Assembly: GCA_943372225.1 (NCBI GenBank)
Contig: CALRXV020000003.1
Location: 206,479-270,478, forward strand
Reading direction: 5' to 3'
Source: Chitinophaga pinensis
GTDB taxonomy: Bacteria; Bacteroidota; Bacteroidia; Chitinophagales; Chitinophagaceae
DNA length: 64,000 nucleotides
Under the pieces are notes generated by a model, which saw only the letters and a list, made by a program, of their open reading frames with translations, did no database searches and was not told where the DNA came from. Position numbers and translations under genes: made by a program. Below are positions 28,341 through 37,523 of the stretch, piece by piece (the first letter of the stretch is position 1; each line of letters starts with the position of its first letter).

Positions 28341-29644
28341 GGAACCCTTTTAATATTGGCTCCCAAAGCGCGTAAGCGTTCATCAATGCGTTGATAACCC
28401 CTGTCTATCTGTTCAATATTTTGAATGGTACTTTTTCCCTCTGCACTGAGTGCTGCAATTAACAAAGCCTGACCTGCACGAATATCTGGACTACTCATGG
28501 TAATGCCGCGTAAAGCCTGTTTGCGTCCAAGCCCTATCACCGTTGCTCTATGCGGATCACAGAGAATAATCTGCGCACCCATGTCTATGAGTTTGTCTAC
28601 AAAGAATAAGCGGCTTTCAAACATTTTCTGGTGCACCAATACGGAGCCAATGGCTTGGGTAGCTACCACAATCACAATGCTCAATAAGTCTGGGGTAAAA
28701 CCTGGCCAAGGATGATCATAAATGGTGAGGATACCCCCATCCATAAAGGTTTGCACCTGATAAGAATCCTGTGCAGGTATATAAATATCATCACCCTGAA
28801 TCTCCAATTGAATACCCAGTTGTTGAAACTTTTCTGGGATTACGCCTAAGTGTTCCACACCTGCATTCTTGATAGTAATCTCACTCTGGGTCATGGCCGC
28901 AAGTCCAATAAAACTGCCTATCTCAATCATATCGGGCAACATACGATGCTCGGTACCACCTAGTTTTTCAACCCCTTCAATCACCAATAAATTACTGCTG
29001 ATCCCGCTGATGCGTGCACCCATACGGGTCAGCATTTTGCAGAGCTGTTGAATATAGGGTTCGCATGCTGCGTTATAAATAGTAGTAGTGCCCTGCGCTA
29101 ATACGGCTGCCATTAAAATATTGGCAGTGCCAGTAACAGAGGGTTCATCCAAACACATAAAGCATCCCTTTAATTGGGGAGAGCTTAATCGGAAACAACT
29201 ATGCTCCTCATCGTATTCAAATTTGGCACCTAGTTTTTCAAATCCAATGATATGGGTATCTAATCTTCTACGGCCAATTTTGTCTCCACCTGGTTTGGGA
29301 ATATATGCACGTTTAAATCGCGCAAGCATAGGCCCAGCAAGCATGACAGAGCCACGCAGTCTTCCGCCTTTTTTTCTAAATTCTTCTGATGCTAGAAAGT
29401 CTACATTAATGTCATCGGCCTGAAACGTACAAGTATCACGGCTAATGCGATTGGTCTTGACACCAATATCTTCCAATAATTCTATGAGCAGGTTTACATC
29501 AAGAATGTCTGGAATATTGGTAATGGTCACTAACTGGTCAGTGAGCAATACGGCAGAGATAATCTGCAAAGCTTCGTTCTTGGCACCCTGTGGTTCAATG
29601 GAACCTTTCAGTTGATTGCCTCCAATCACTTCAAAACTGCTCAT
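28337..29644 (-). CDS. murA: UDP-N-acetylglucosamine 1-carboxyvinyltransferase
   Basis: QGAKNEAL, LRGSVMLAGP, PGGDKIGRR, SVTGTAN, WPGFTPD, HQKMFESR, PDIRAG, IDRGY. Confidence 0.96.
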   Translation of the reverse strand: MSSFEVIGGNQLKGSIEPQGAKNEALQIISAVLLTDQLVTITNIPDILDVNLLIELLEDIGVKTNRISRDTCTFQADDINVDFLASEEFRKKGGRLRGSVMLAGPMLARFKRAYIPKPGGDKIGRRRLDTHIIGFEKLGAKFEYDEEHSCFRLSSPQLKGCFMCLDEPSVTGTANILMAAVLAQGTTTIYNAACEPYIQQLCKMLTRMGARISGISSNLLVIEGVEKLGGTEHRMLPDMIEIGSFIGLAAMTQSEITIKNAGVEHLGVIPEKFQQLGIQLEIQGDDIYIPAQDSYQVQTFMDGGILTIYDHPWPGFTPDLLSIVIVVATQAIGSVLVHQKMFESRLFFVDKLIDMGAQIILCDPHRATVIGLGRKQALRGITMSSPDIRAGQALLIAALSAEGKSTIQNIEQIDRGYQRIDERLRALGANIKRVP

Positions 29645-29665
29645 GTGGGAATATTTGCTGTTTTG

Positions 29666-30481
29666 TTAGTAGCGTTTCTTATAATTACCGCCCCTTGAAT
29701 CGGGTCTGCCGCCTCCAGGATTGCTGATATTTTGTGCGTTGGCATTGTTACCCCTATTATCACCTCTGTTCTGCGGGCCTGCATTGCGGTTGTTGTTATT
29801 AGGGCGGTTATTGCCTCTATTTTGACCTCCTGCATTGCGGTTATTGTTATTGCGTCCACCAAAATTCTGTTGCCATCTACCACCGCCATTGTTGCGAGGA
29901 AATTCATCGCGCTCAAAATTCTGGTTGCGGTGTTTAATGTATGGGGTATTGCTGAATTCTAATTCACCACCAGTGATGCTATTCAACTCTGCCCTAATGG
30001 TATCATCGTGAACCAATTCTTTGTGCCAGTTGCTATAAGCCAGCTTCATATAATAAGCAATGGCGTGTGCAAATCCAGCTTTCTTTTCAGGATCTTCTTC
30101 TTTCAAAGCCTTATCTATCACCACTTCTAGGTTCTTACCCAAGTGCGCATATTTTGGATGACGCTTGGGATAAGGAAGAGGATCTGGTTTTTGTTTGTAG
30201 GTTTCTTTTTGTGGAATAGGATAAGGACTGTCTACGTCTAATTTAAAATCGCTGATAAAAAAGAGGTGATCCCAAAGCTTATGTCTAAAGTCTTCTACGT
30301 TCTTTAAATGCGGGTTCAAAAAGCCCATCAACTCAATCACGGATTGTGCTTGAAGCTGACGTTTCTCACGGTCTTCAATGGTCAAAAGGAACTCCACCAT
30401 CTTCTGTACGTGGCGGCCGTATTCCTTCATTCCCAATAAGTTTCTGTCAGTATTGTATTCCATTTGGTCACTAAAATTCAT
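29666..30481 (-). CDS. DUF4290 family protein with N/R/G-rich C-terminal tail
   Basis: MEYNTDR...EYGRHVQKMV, KLWDHLFFIS DUF4290-like motifs; directly upstream of murA, as is typical in Bacteroidota. Confidence 0.85.
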   Translation of the reverse strand: MNFSDQMEYNTDRNLLGMKEYGRHVQKMVEFLLTIEDREKRQLQAQSVIELMGFLNPHLKNVEDFRHKLWDHLFFISDFKLDVDSPYPIPQKETYKQKPDPLPYPKRHPKYAHLGKNLEVVIDKALKEEDPEKKAGFAHAIAYYMKLAYSNWHKELVHDDTIRAELNSITGGELEFSNTPYIKHRNQNFERDEFPRNNGGGRWQQNFGGRNNNNRNAGGQNRGNNRPNNNNRNAGPQNRGDNRGNNANAQNISNPGGGRPDSRGGNYKKRY

Positions 30482-30562
30482 CTACAAATGTATGGAATGC
30501 CCACCGATGGCGGAAATTTTGTGTTTTAATGGAAAGTTATTGTCAATCGTTATCTTCGCAGC

Positions 30563-31594
30563 ATGGAAGCTTTATTGCAAAAAATAGCCGGATATAAGGA
30601 AGAAGTGGCTGCTGAAGTAGCGGGAACTGCTGATTTAGTAGAAGCATTCCGCATTAAATGGCTGGGTACAAAAGGTTTGGTTAAAGCCATCATGGCTGAA
30701 ATGAAGAATGTTCCTGTGGAACAGAAAAAGGAATTTGGTCAGATCCTGAACGAGTTCAAGATTTTTGTAGAGACCAAATTTGAGACCCTTAAAGAAAATG
30801 CTACAGGTGCTGCTGGAGCTGGTGCTGCAGCCATTGACTTATCCCTGCCGGGCGATCCTATTGCTGTAGGTACCCGTCACCCTTTGAACCTGGTGCGCAA
30901 TCAAATAGTTTCTATTTTCAAACGCCTTGGTTTTGCCGTGGCAGAAGGTCCAGAGATAGAAGATGACTGGCACAATTTTGGCGCCATGAACCTTCCTGAA
31001 GACCATCCCGCCCGCGACATGCAGGATACTTTTTACATTAACCAAGACCCTGCCTGGTTGCTGCGTACCCATACCAGCTCTGTACAAGCCAGGGTCATGG
31101 AAACCCAAAAACCACCCATCCGTGTAATTTGTCCAGGAAGGGTGTACAGAAACGAAACCATATCGGCCCGTGCCCACTGCTTTTTTCACCAAGTGGAAGG
31201 CCTTTATATAGACGAGAACGTGAGCTTTGCGGATCTAAAACAGACCCTTTACTTTTTTGTACAGGAGATGTTTGGTAAAGACGTAAAAGTGCGTTTCCGC
31301 CCCAGTTATTTTCCTTTTACCGAGCCAAGTGCAGAAATGGATATCAGCTGTCTGATCTGTGGTGGCGATGGTTGCAATATTTGCAAGCATACAGGTTGGG
31401 TAGAGATCTTGGGAAGCGGTATGGTGCACCCCAAAGTGCTGGAGAATTTTGGCATTGATTCTAATAAATACACCGGTTTTGCCTTTGGCATGGGTGTAGA
31501 AAGGATTACCCAGCTCAAGTATCAGGTGAACGATTTGCGTCTCTATTCTCAGAATGATGTGCGCTTTTTGAAGCAATTCACGGGAACTGTGTAA
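30563..31594 (+). CDS. pheS: Phenylalanine--tRNA ligase alpha subunit
   Basis: HPARDMQDTF, LRTHTS, FHQVEGL, RFRPSYFPFTEPSAE, GFAFGMGVER. Confidence 0.98.
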   Translation: MEALLQKIAGYKEEVAAEVAGTADLVEAFRIKWLGTKGLVKAIMAEMKNVPVEQKKEFGQILNEFKIFVETKFETLKENATGAAGAGAAAIDLSLPGDPIAVGTRHPLNLVRNQIVSIFKRLGFAVAEGPEIEDDWHNFGAMNLPEDHPARDMQDTFYINQDPAWLLRTHTSSVQARVMETQKPPIRVICPGRVYRNETISARAHCFFHQVEGLYIDENVSFADLKQTLYFFVQEMFGKDVKVRFRPSYFPFTEPSAEMDISCLICGGDGCNICKHTGWVEILGSGMVHPKVLENFGIDSNKYTGFAFGMGVERITQLKYQVNDLRLYSQNDVRFLKQFTGTV

Positions 31595-31693
31595 GGAATT
31601 CATTGATTTTCAGCAATTAATCGTGGGTTTTGAACTATCCGGGGCTTTTACGCCTATCTTACCGGTTTAGTCTTCTAACGAACTCCCTCGATT

Positions 31694-32464
31694 ATGCTTG
31701 CCATCTTGATTTTCTTTTTTAGCCATTGGTTTCTGTCTTTGTTTTTCCATAGTTTTTTCCTGCATCGCTTTGCGTCTCATAAAATGTATACCACCAGTAA
31801 AAACTGGGAGAAAGTATTTTATGTGACCACCTGGTTAGTGCAAGGTTCTTCCTTTTTGGTACCTAGGGCTTATGGGGTTATGCATCGCATGCACCATGTT
31901 TATTCCGATACCGAAAAGGATCCGCATTCCCCGCATTTTTTCAAAGACGTGTATCATATGATGCAACATACCATCATCATTTTCCGCGGCTTTCTAACTG
32001 GTAAGAACTTACCCGATGCACAGTTTACCAAAGAATACCTACCCGTTTGGGACAAATTGGACCGCTTTGGACACCATATTCTTACCCGTCTAGCTTTTGG
32101 AGCAGCTTACACTGCTTTCTATATTTATTTTGCCCCCAATGCTTGGTGGTTCTTGTTATTGCCTATTCATTTTATGATGGGTCCAATTCAAGGCGCCGTT
32201 GTAAACTGGTGTGGTCACAAATATGGCTATAGCAATTTTGACAACGGAGACCATTCTAAGAACAGCTCACCCTGGGGTATTTTGCTCATGGGAGAACTGT
32301 TTCAGAACAATCACCACTACGCCAAAGACGACGCCAATTTTGCCAAGAAATGGTTTGAGTTTGACCTTACATTTTTTGTGATGCGTGGCCTAAATGCGGT
32401 AAAGATTATTCGAATAATTCCCCTACCGCTTGCGGGAGGGGTGGCCGAAGGCCGGGGTGGGTAA
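31694..32464 (+). CDS. Acyl-CoA/fatty-acid desaturase (delta-9 type)
   Basis: His boxes HRFASH, HRMHH, QNNHH; TM segments. Confidence 0.9.
   Translation: MLAILIFFFSHWFLSLFFHSFFLHRFASHKMYTTSKNWEKVFYVTTWLVQGSSFLVPRAYGVMHRMHHVYSDTEKDPHSPHFFKDVYHMMQHTIIIFRGFLTGKNLPDAQFTKEYLPVWDKLDRFGHHILTRLAFGAAYTAFYIYFAPNAWWFLLLPIHFMMGPIQGAVVNWCGHKYGYSNFDNGDHSKNSSPWGILLMGELFQNNHHYAKDDANFAKKWFEFDLTFFVMRGLNAVKIIRIIPLPLAGGVAEGRGG
32420..32461. repeat. REP-like double hairpin, copy 1 (overlaps desaturase 3' end)
   Basis: CCCCTACCGCTTGCGGGAGGGG-T-GGCCGAAGGCC-GGGGTGGG. Confidence 0.7.
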
Positions 32465-32470
32465 AAAAAT

Positions 32471-32498
32471 TCTTCACTCTTCAATCTTCACTCTTCAC
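32471..32498. repeat. Heptamer tandem repeat (TCTTCAC)x4 upstream of recO
   Basis: tcttcac tcttcaa tcttcac tcttcac, directly before a -7-like TATCTTTA at 32501. Confidence 0.8.
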
Positions 32499-32512
32499 TA
32501 TATCTTTAGTGC

Positions 32513-33250
32513 ATGGTTCACACTACAAAGGGTATAGTTTTACGTACCGTGAAATATGGCGACACCAGCATTATCACATCGGTGTACACGGCACTATTTG
32601 GCGTACAGAGCTATATTGTAAAAGGGGTGCGCAAAAGCAGTAAAACATCGGCCGGTAAAGCCAGCTATTTTCAACCCGGCGCCATGTTGGAAATGGAAGT
32701 GTACCAGAACAATTTTAAACAGCTCCAATTTATTCGCGAGTACCAGTGGAGTTATCTCTACCAACAAGTTTTGTTTAATGTAGTGCGCAATACCGTAGCC
32801 ACTTATTTGGTAGAACTTTTGCAACACGCACTCAAGGAACCCGAAGCCAATCCAGAATTATTTTATCTAGCAGAAGAAACGCTCAAACAATTAGACCAGT
32901 GCACAGACCAAGTAGCCGCCAACATACCACTTTATTTTATGTTGCGTCTGGCCAGTGAACTTGGGTTCCAACTCTTAGGCGAATACTCAGAAGCCACGCC
33001 AGTCTTTGATTTGCAAGAAGGCATGTTCATTAAAGAGCAACCCCTGCATCCTTATTTAATTGAAGGCCCTCTAGCCAAAACCACTTCTGATTTTCTTAAA
33101 ATCCAAGACCCTGCAGAACTAGAAAAAATTGTCCTCAATCGTCACCTGCGCCAAGAACTCCTAGCCGCATACCAACTCTTTTTATCCCTCCATATTCCTG
33201 ATTTTGGAGAAATCAAGAGTCTTCCCATTTTGCAGGAAGTGTTGGGTTAA
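32513..33250 (+). CDS. recO: DNA repair protein RecO
   Basis: TKGIVLRTVKYGDTSII..YT..FGVQSYIVKGVR OB-fold N-terminus, followed by a helical domain. Confidence 0.93.
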   Translation: MVHTTKGIVLRTVKYGDTSIITSVYTALFGVQSYIVKGVRKSSKTSAGKASYFQPGAMLEMEVYQNNFKQLQFIREYQWSYLYQQVLFNVVRNTVATYLVELLQHALKEPEANPELFYLAEETLKQLDQCTDQVAANIPLYFMLRLASELGFQLLGEYSEATPVFDLQEGMFIKEQPLHPYLIEGPLAKTTSDFLKIQDPAELEKIVLNRHLRQELLAAYQLFLSLHIPDFGEIKSLPILQEVLG

Positions 33251-33277
33251 TCATCTTGTATGGTTTAAATTGTCTTT

Positions 33278-33299
33278 TATGTCTGAAAAATCAGTCATA
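33278..33299. promoter_or_regulatory. Inverted repeat TATGTCTGA-AAAA-TCAGTCATA, putative antitoxin operator
   Basis: 8/9 complementary arms upstream of the XRE-HipA pair; a weaker related site lies near 33319-33338. Confidence 0.45.
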
Positions 33300-33382
33300 A
33301 ATCATTAAAAAGTTAATCAACGACTGAATAATCATACAAAAAAACCTAATTTTGATAAAAGAATCAATCAAATGGGTTATCT

Positions 33383-33745
33383 ATGTCAATAACCAATGAA
33401 CATACAGCCATACAATGGCATGCTTTGAGTGATCAAGCGCTCTTGGAATTACTTGGCAATTTTATCAAAGAAACTCGCTTGTCTCAAAATTTGACTCAAG
33501 AACAGTTGGCCAACCAAGCGGGAATAGCAAGGTCAACCCTTAGTTTACTGGAGAAAGGGACTGGAGGAACTATTTTGTCCTTGATTCAAGTATTGCGCAT
33601 CTTAGACCAGTTGTCTATTTTTAAACAATTACAAAGACCGGCTCAAGTAAGTCCCTTGTTATTGGCAAAACAGGCAAAGGCCCAAAGAAAAAGAGCCAGT
33701 AACAAGCAATCAAATGGTCCTTTGTCAACAAATGCTGATTGGTAA
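33383..33745 (+). CDS. XRE-family HTH protein, HipB-like antitoxin
   Basis: LGNFIKETRLSQNLTQEQLANQAGIARSTLSLLEKG HTH; TAATG overlap with the HipA gene. Confidence 0.88.
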   Translation: MSITNEHTAIQWHALSDQALLELLGNFIKETRLSQNLTQEQLANQAGIARSTLSLLEKGTGGTILSLIQVLRILDQLSIFKQLQRPAQVSPLLLAKQAKAQRKRASNKQSNGPLSTNADW

Positions 33746-35058
33746 TGATTGATGCAGCCTATATACATTTTTGGGGCAAAAGGGTTGGTGCCATTGCATG
33801 GGATGCTGCTACCCATCTTGGAAGCTTTGAATTTGAACCATCTTTTCTTTCTCAAAATTTAGATTTAGCGCCACTAAAAATGCCCATATCTCAAGCAAGA
33901 GGTAAGGTCTTTAGTTTTCCGGAATTAAGCCAAAGCAATACATTCAAAGGATTACCAGGACTCTTGTCCGATGTGCTTCCAGATAAATATGGAAACACCC
34001 TTATCAATGCATGGTTGGCACAACAAGGTAGGCCCACCAATAGTCTTAACCCTGTTGAGATCCTTTGTTTTATTGGTAAACGAGGCATGGGTGCCTTGGA
34101 ATTTGAACCTGCTGAACCACAAGCAGGAGCGGCGTCCACTAAAATTGAAATGAATCACTTGGTGCATATTGCCCAAGAGATTATGCTAGGAAGAAAGGAA
34201 TTTCAAACCAACTTAACAGCGGATGAGCAAAAAGCCCTTGCACAAATTTTAAAAATAGGAACTTCTGCAGGAGGAGCAAGGGCCAAGGCTTTGATTGCCT
34301 TTAACGCTCAAACAGGTGAAGTAAGATCAGGGCAGGCAGAAGCGCCAAAAGGGTTTACCCACTGGTTAATCAAATTTGATGGTGTTGTAGATACGCAACT
34401 GAGCTTGGGCGATGGCCCACTAGGAACCAGTAACGGTTATGGACGAGTAGAAATGGCTTATTACAAAATGGCGTTGGCCTCTGGTATTGATATGATGGAA
34501 TCCAGATTATTAGAAGAGCATGGAAGGGCACATTTTATGACCAAAAGATTTGATCGAATACCAGATCAGGGCAAATTGCATGTCCAGAGTTTTTGTGGTA
34601 TGCAGCATGTTGATTTTACAGAAATCAATGCTTATTCCTATGAACAGTTGTTTCAAACCATGCGAATGTTGCGCTTAAGCTATCCCGAAGCGGAACAATT
34701 ATTCCGTAGAATGGTCTTTAATGTATTAGCTAGAAACTGTGATGACCATACCAAAAATTTTGCCTTTACCATGAATCAATCAGGAGAATGGCATTTATCA
34801 CCTGCTTATGATATTTGCCATGCGTATAGACCCGGCAGCCCATGGGTGAGCAGACAATCTTTAAGTGTGAATGGACAAAGAGATCAGATTTCCACACAAG
34901 ATTTATTAGCCGTTGCAAAGTCTATGAATATTAAAAAGCCAACGCAAATAGTTGATGAGGTCAAAACTCAAGTAAGCCGTTGGGAATACTATGCAGAAGA
35001 ACAACAAGTTCCAACACCACTGCTCAAAGCCATTCAATCAACCTTGCTTTTACACTAA
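33745..35058 (+). CDS. hipA: HipA-family serine/threonine kinase toxin (type II TA) with N-terminal couple_hipA-like domain
   Basis: LPGLLSDVLPDKYG, GKRGMGALEF, GTSAGGARAKA, WLIKFD, catalytic NCDDHTKNF, LSPAYD; start revised to ATG 33745. Confidence 0.92.
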   Translation: MIDAAYIHFWGKRVGAIAWDAATHLGSFEFEPSFLSQNLDLAPLKMPISQARGKVFSFPELSQSNTFKGLPGLLSDVLPDKYGNTLINAWLAQQGRPTNSLNPVEILCFIGKRGMGALEFEPAEPQAGAASTKIEMNHLVHIAQEIMLGRKEFQTNLTADEQKALAQILKIGTSAGGARAKALIAFNAQTGEVRSGQAEAPKGFTHWLIKFDGVVDTQLSLGDGPLGTSNGYGRVEMAYYKMALASGIDMMESRLLEEHGRAHFMTKRFDRIPDQGKLHVQSFCGMQHVDFTEINAYSYEQLFQTMRMLRLSYPEAEQLFRRMVFNVLARNCDDHTKNFAFTMNQSGEWHLSPAYDICHAYRPGSPWVSRQSLSVNGQRDQISTQDLLAVAKSMNIKKPTQIVDEVKTQVSRWEYYAEEQQVPTPLLKAIQSTLLLH

Positions 35059-35114
35059 TTCAAAATCTGAACCAGTTTAATAAAACTGTTTGCGAAATAA
35101 TTTAAAATTAGCCT

Positions 35115-35591
35115 ATGAAAAATTGGATAGTACTGATAGCAGCTGTTGTATTAGTTTATGTAGTTGGGCAATATGCAAAACAGGTATATCATTATAAAAA
35201 ATATGCAAGCTGCATTAAGGAAATCAATTACTTAATAGATATCTCAAAATCAAACACTAGTAAAATTGGAAAGTTTTTCAAAGTCAAGGATTTGAATCTT
35301 GAAACAAGACCTTTTTTTCAAAAATTAATTAAAAAAGAAATAGTAGGAGAAAACACAGAAATCTTTTATAAGAGTAAAGGATGTATATGTTTGATTAATA
35401 AAGCTGCTCCGAGTTTTGACAATACTTTTTCCGTTACAGATTATATTGTTATTTGGAATTATGATATTGGAAAGTTCTCTAATGGATTGGATGATCTCTA
35501 TTCTATGAATCAAGTAGAGGGTAATCAGAACATGCAAATAGAAGCCTTTCTATTAGATACAGAGACTAATTTATTTATCGTGAAGCATTGA
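35115..35591 (+). CDS. AT-rich hypothetical protein with N-terminal membrane anchor
   Basis: 158-aa ORF; N-terminal hydrophobic segment; composition distinct from flanking genes. Confidence 0.65.
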   Translation: MKNWIVLIAAVVLVYVVGQYAKQVYHYKKYASCIKEINYLIDISKSNTSKIGKFFKVKDLNLETRPFFQKLIKKEIVGENTEIFYKSKGCICLINKAAPSFDNTFSVTDYIVIWNYDIGKFSNGLDDLYSMNQVEGNQNMQIEAFLLDTETNLFIVKH

Positions 35592-36734
35592 CGCTTCCTT
35601 GATCCAAACCATTCCCGGTTGTTTACCTTTTTCAAAACTTCCCAAACGATTCTCAAAACCAAGGGCTTTGGCACCGTTAAGGGTAGCCCATTGCAGGATC
35701 TCTGTAAGTGGAATCTGCGGATAGTTTGCTTGGATGGTTTTGATCTCTGAAAGAATACTGAGTTGGTGATTGCTGGCCAAGCTATCGGTACCCAAGACTA
35801 GGCTGCAGTTTTTTTGACGTAAGAGCTCAATGGGTGGGAGGGCTTTGTTAATGTATAGATTGGCATTCACGCACAAACAGAAATGGTATTGGGTTTGTTG
35901 CTGATCAGACAATGCGGCAATAAAATCCAGATCTGCTTCCTTGGTAAAAGTATCGTGCACCAGCAATACCTGTTTTGCACCTGCAAAATGATGCGCAACA
36001 GATTGCAGACTGCTTTTTCCTGTGGGATGGTAAAAACCGGTATCTACTTTTAATAGTTCATAGAGTCTGGTAAAGTCTCCTTTTTTGTGGCCAAGAAAAT
36101 CGTCTTCAAAATGGGTTTCTTGGTTGTGCAGCGATGTGGTTTTGCCTTGATAATAAGGTGCCATCAATTCCCATAAAGCATTGGACACGGAATAGGGTGC
36201 GTGTGCGGCTGTGCTCAAACGAAAAGCATCGCCCTGCAAGGGCTCAAACTGCTTGTATGCAGCTAGACCCTGTTCAAAACGCATTGCTGCAATTTGAGGT
36301 GAGAACCCGCTGATCTCTAAAAAAGTATGCCAGCTCAGGTTGTTCTTGGATTTTTGTTTAAAACTGGTGGCATTATTGCTGATATCGCCAACGGCTACAA
36401 TGCCATTTTGAATCATGGCGGCTTCCGCGTCACTGATGGCCTGTAAAATCTCTTCTTCTGGAAAATGCCTGAGTTGTAAAATGGATAGGATAAAATCTAC
36501 CAGCCCCGTTCCCTCTGGAATCAGGCCCTTCATATGGCTGAGCTCTAGATGACAGTGGGCGTTCACAAAACCTGGGCTTAGCAAACCCGCTTGGTACTGT
36601 ACATCTTCTCCGGCTTCGCTGGCGGGCACAATGGCTTCTACCACCCCGTGTTGGTCCATGATCAAGACCTGATCTGCCCCCAATAGCTCCTTTCCGGTAA
36701 AAATGGCATCGGCCTGATACTTGCGAAAACCCAT
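35571..36734 (-). CDS. Amidohydrolase family metal-dependent deaminase (SsnA/futalosine-deaminase-like)
   Basis: [51 protein letters not shown]. Confidence 0.88.
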   Translation of the reverse strand: MGFRKYQADAIFTGKELLGADQVLIMDQHGVVEAIVPASEAGEDVQYQAGLLSPGFVNAHCHLELSHMKGLIPEGTGLVDFILSILQLRHFPEEEILQAISDAEAAMIQNGIVAVGDISNNATSFKQKSKNNLSWHTFLEISGFSPQIAAMRFEQGLAAYKQFEPLQGDAFRLSTAAHAPYSVSNALWELMAPYYQGKTTSLHNQETHFEDDFLGHKKGDFTRLYELLKVDTGFYHPTGKSSLQSVAHHFAGAKQVLLVHDTFTKEADLDFIAALSDQQQTQYHFCLCVNANLYINKALPPIELLRQKNCSLVLGTDSLASNHQLSILSEIKTIQANYPQIPLTEILQWATLNGAKALGFENRLGSFEKGKQPGMVWIKEASMLHDK

Positions 36735-36772
36735 GGAATCTTTTTTGCTAAGTTAATGCCCAGTATTCAAAT

Positions 36773-36818
36773 CCCCTCCTTCGCTTGGCGAAGGAGGGGT
36801 GCCCGAAGGGCGGGGTGG
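36773..36818. repeat. REP-like double hairpin, copy 2
   Basis: CCCCTCCTTCGCTTGGCGAAGGAGGGG-T-GCCCGAAGGGC-GGGGTGG, same architecture as 32420-32461. Confidence 0.7.
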
Positions 36819-36980
36819 ATGGGGAATACAAGTCATTTTGTATTAAAAAATCCAATAAAATAGCCCATTTGAGTCTATAATATAAAAAATCATTCAAAAT
36901 TATTATTGAAAATCAATTAGTTACAAAGGTGTCTGTTAAAATACTTTTCAAAAAGCTTGGAAAATCGGCCTATTGGCCCC

Positions 36981-36988
36981 TACCTTTG
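36981..36988 (+). promoter_or_regulatory. Bacteroidota -7 promoter element (TACCTTTG) of the rplM operon
   Basis: Exact TAnnTTTG; TTG about 21 nt upstream; IHF-consensus-like AATCAATTAGTTA at 36911-36923. Confidence 0.7.
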
Positions 36989-37053
36989 CCCCCCCGAATA
37001 AATCGGGACATCAGACCGGTGGGATAGCACCGGGTCATTTAAAAAGAAATATT

Positions 37054-37497
37054 ATGAGCAAACTCCATTTCACCACAAAGTCTGCGAACGCGGCTACCGT
37101 TCAACATAATTGGTATGTTGTAGACGGCACTAATCAAACCGTAGGTCGTTTGGCTTCAAAGATTGCTGCTGTTCTTCGCGGTAAGAACAAAGCTTATTAC
37201 ACTCCTCACGTTGATTGCGGAGACAATGTCATCATCATCAACGCTGAAAGAGTTTTGTTGACTGGTAACAAATTCCACGACAAAGTTTACATGAACTACA
37301 CTGGTTATCCAGGTGGTCAAAAGCAGGAAGCTGCTGAAGACTTGATCAAGCGTCGTCCAGAAGTTTTAATGGAAAGAGCTGTTAAAGGCATGCTTCCTAA
37401 AAACAAACTTGGCCGTAAGATGGTTAAGAAATTATTCGTTTATGCAGGTGCTACACATCCACATGCTGCTCAGCAACCTAAAGAACTGAAATTCTAA
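37054..37497 (+). CDS. rplM: 50S ribosomal protein L13
   Basis: [48 protein letters not shown]; start revised to ATG 37054. Confidence 0.98.
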   Translation: MSKLHFTTKSANAATVQHNWYVVDGTNQTVGRLASKIAAVLRGKNKAYYTPHVDCGDNVIIINAERVLLTGNKFHDKVYMNYTGYPGGQKQEAAEDLIKRRPEVLMERAVKGMLPKNKLGRKMVKKLFVYAGATHPHAAQQPKELKF

Positions 37498-37523
37498 TTT
37501 AAACACATTCCAAACAAACAATA

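Noticed and set aside
36973-37053. N-terminal extension of L13 as given by the ORF track, and similar extensions on S41, PxpA, YcsG-like, metallophosphoesterase and SerC
   Set aside because: The upstream in-frame codons overlap promoter elements or neighbouring genes; family N-termini or signal peptides begin at the downstream starts used.
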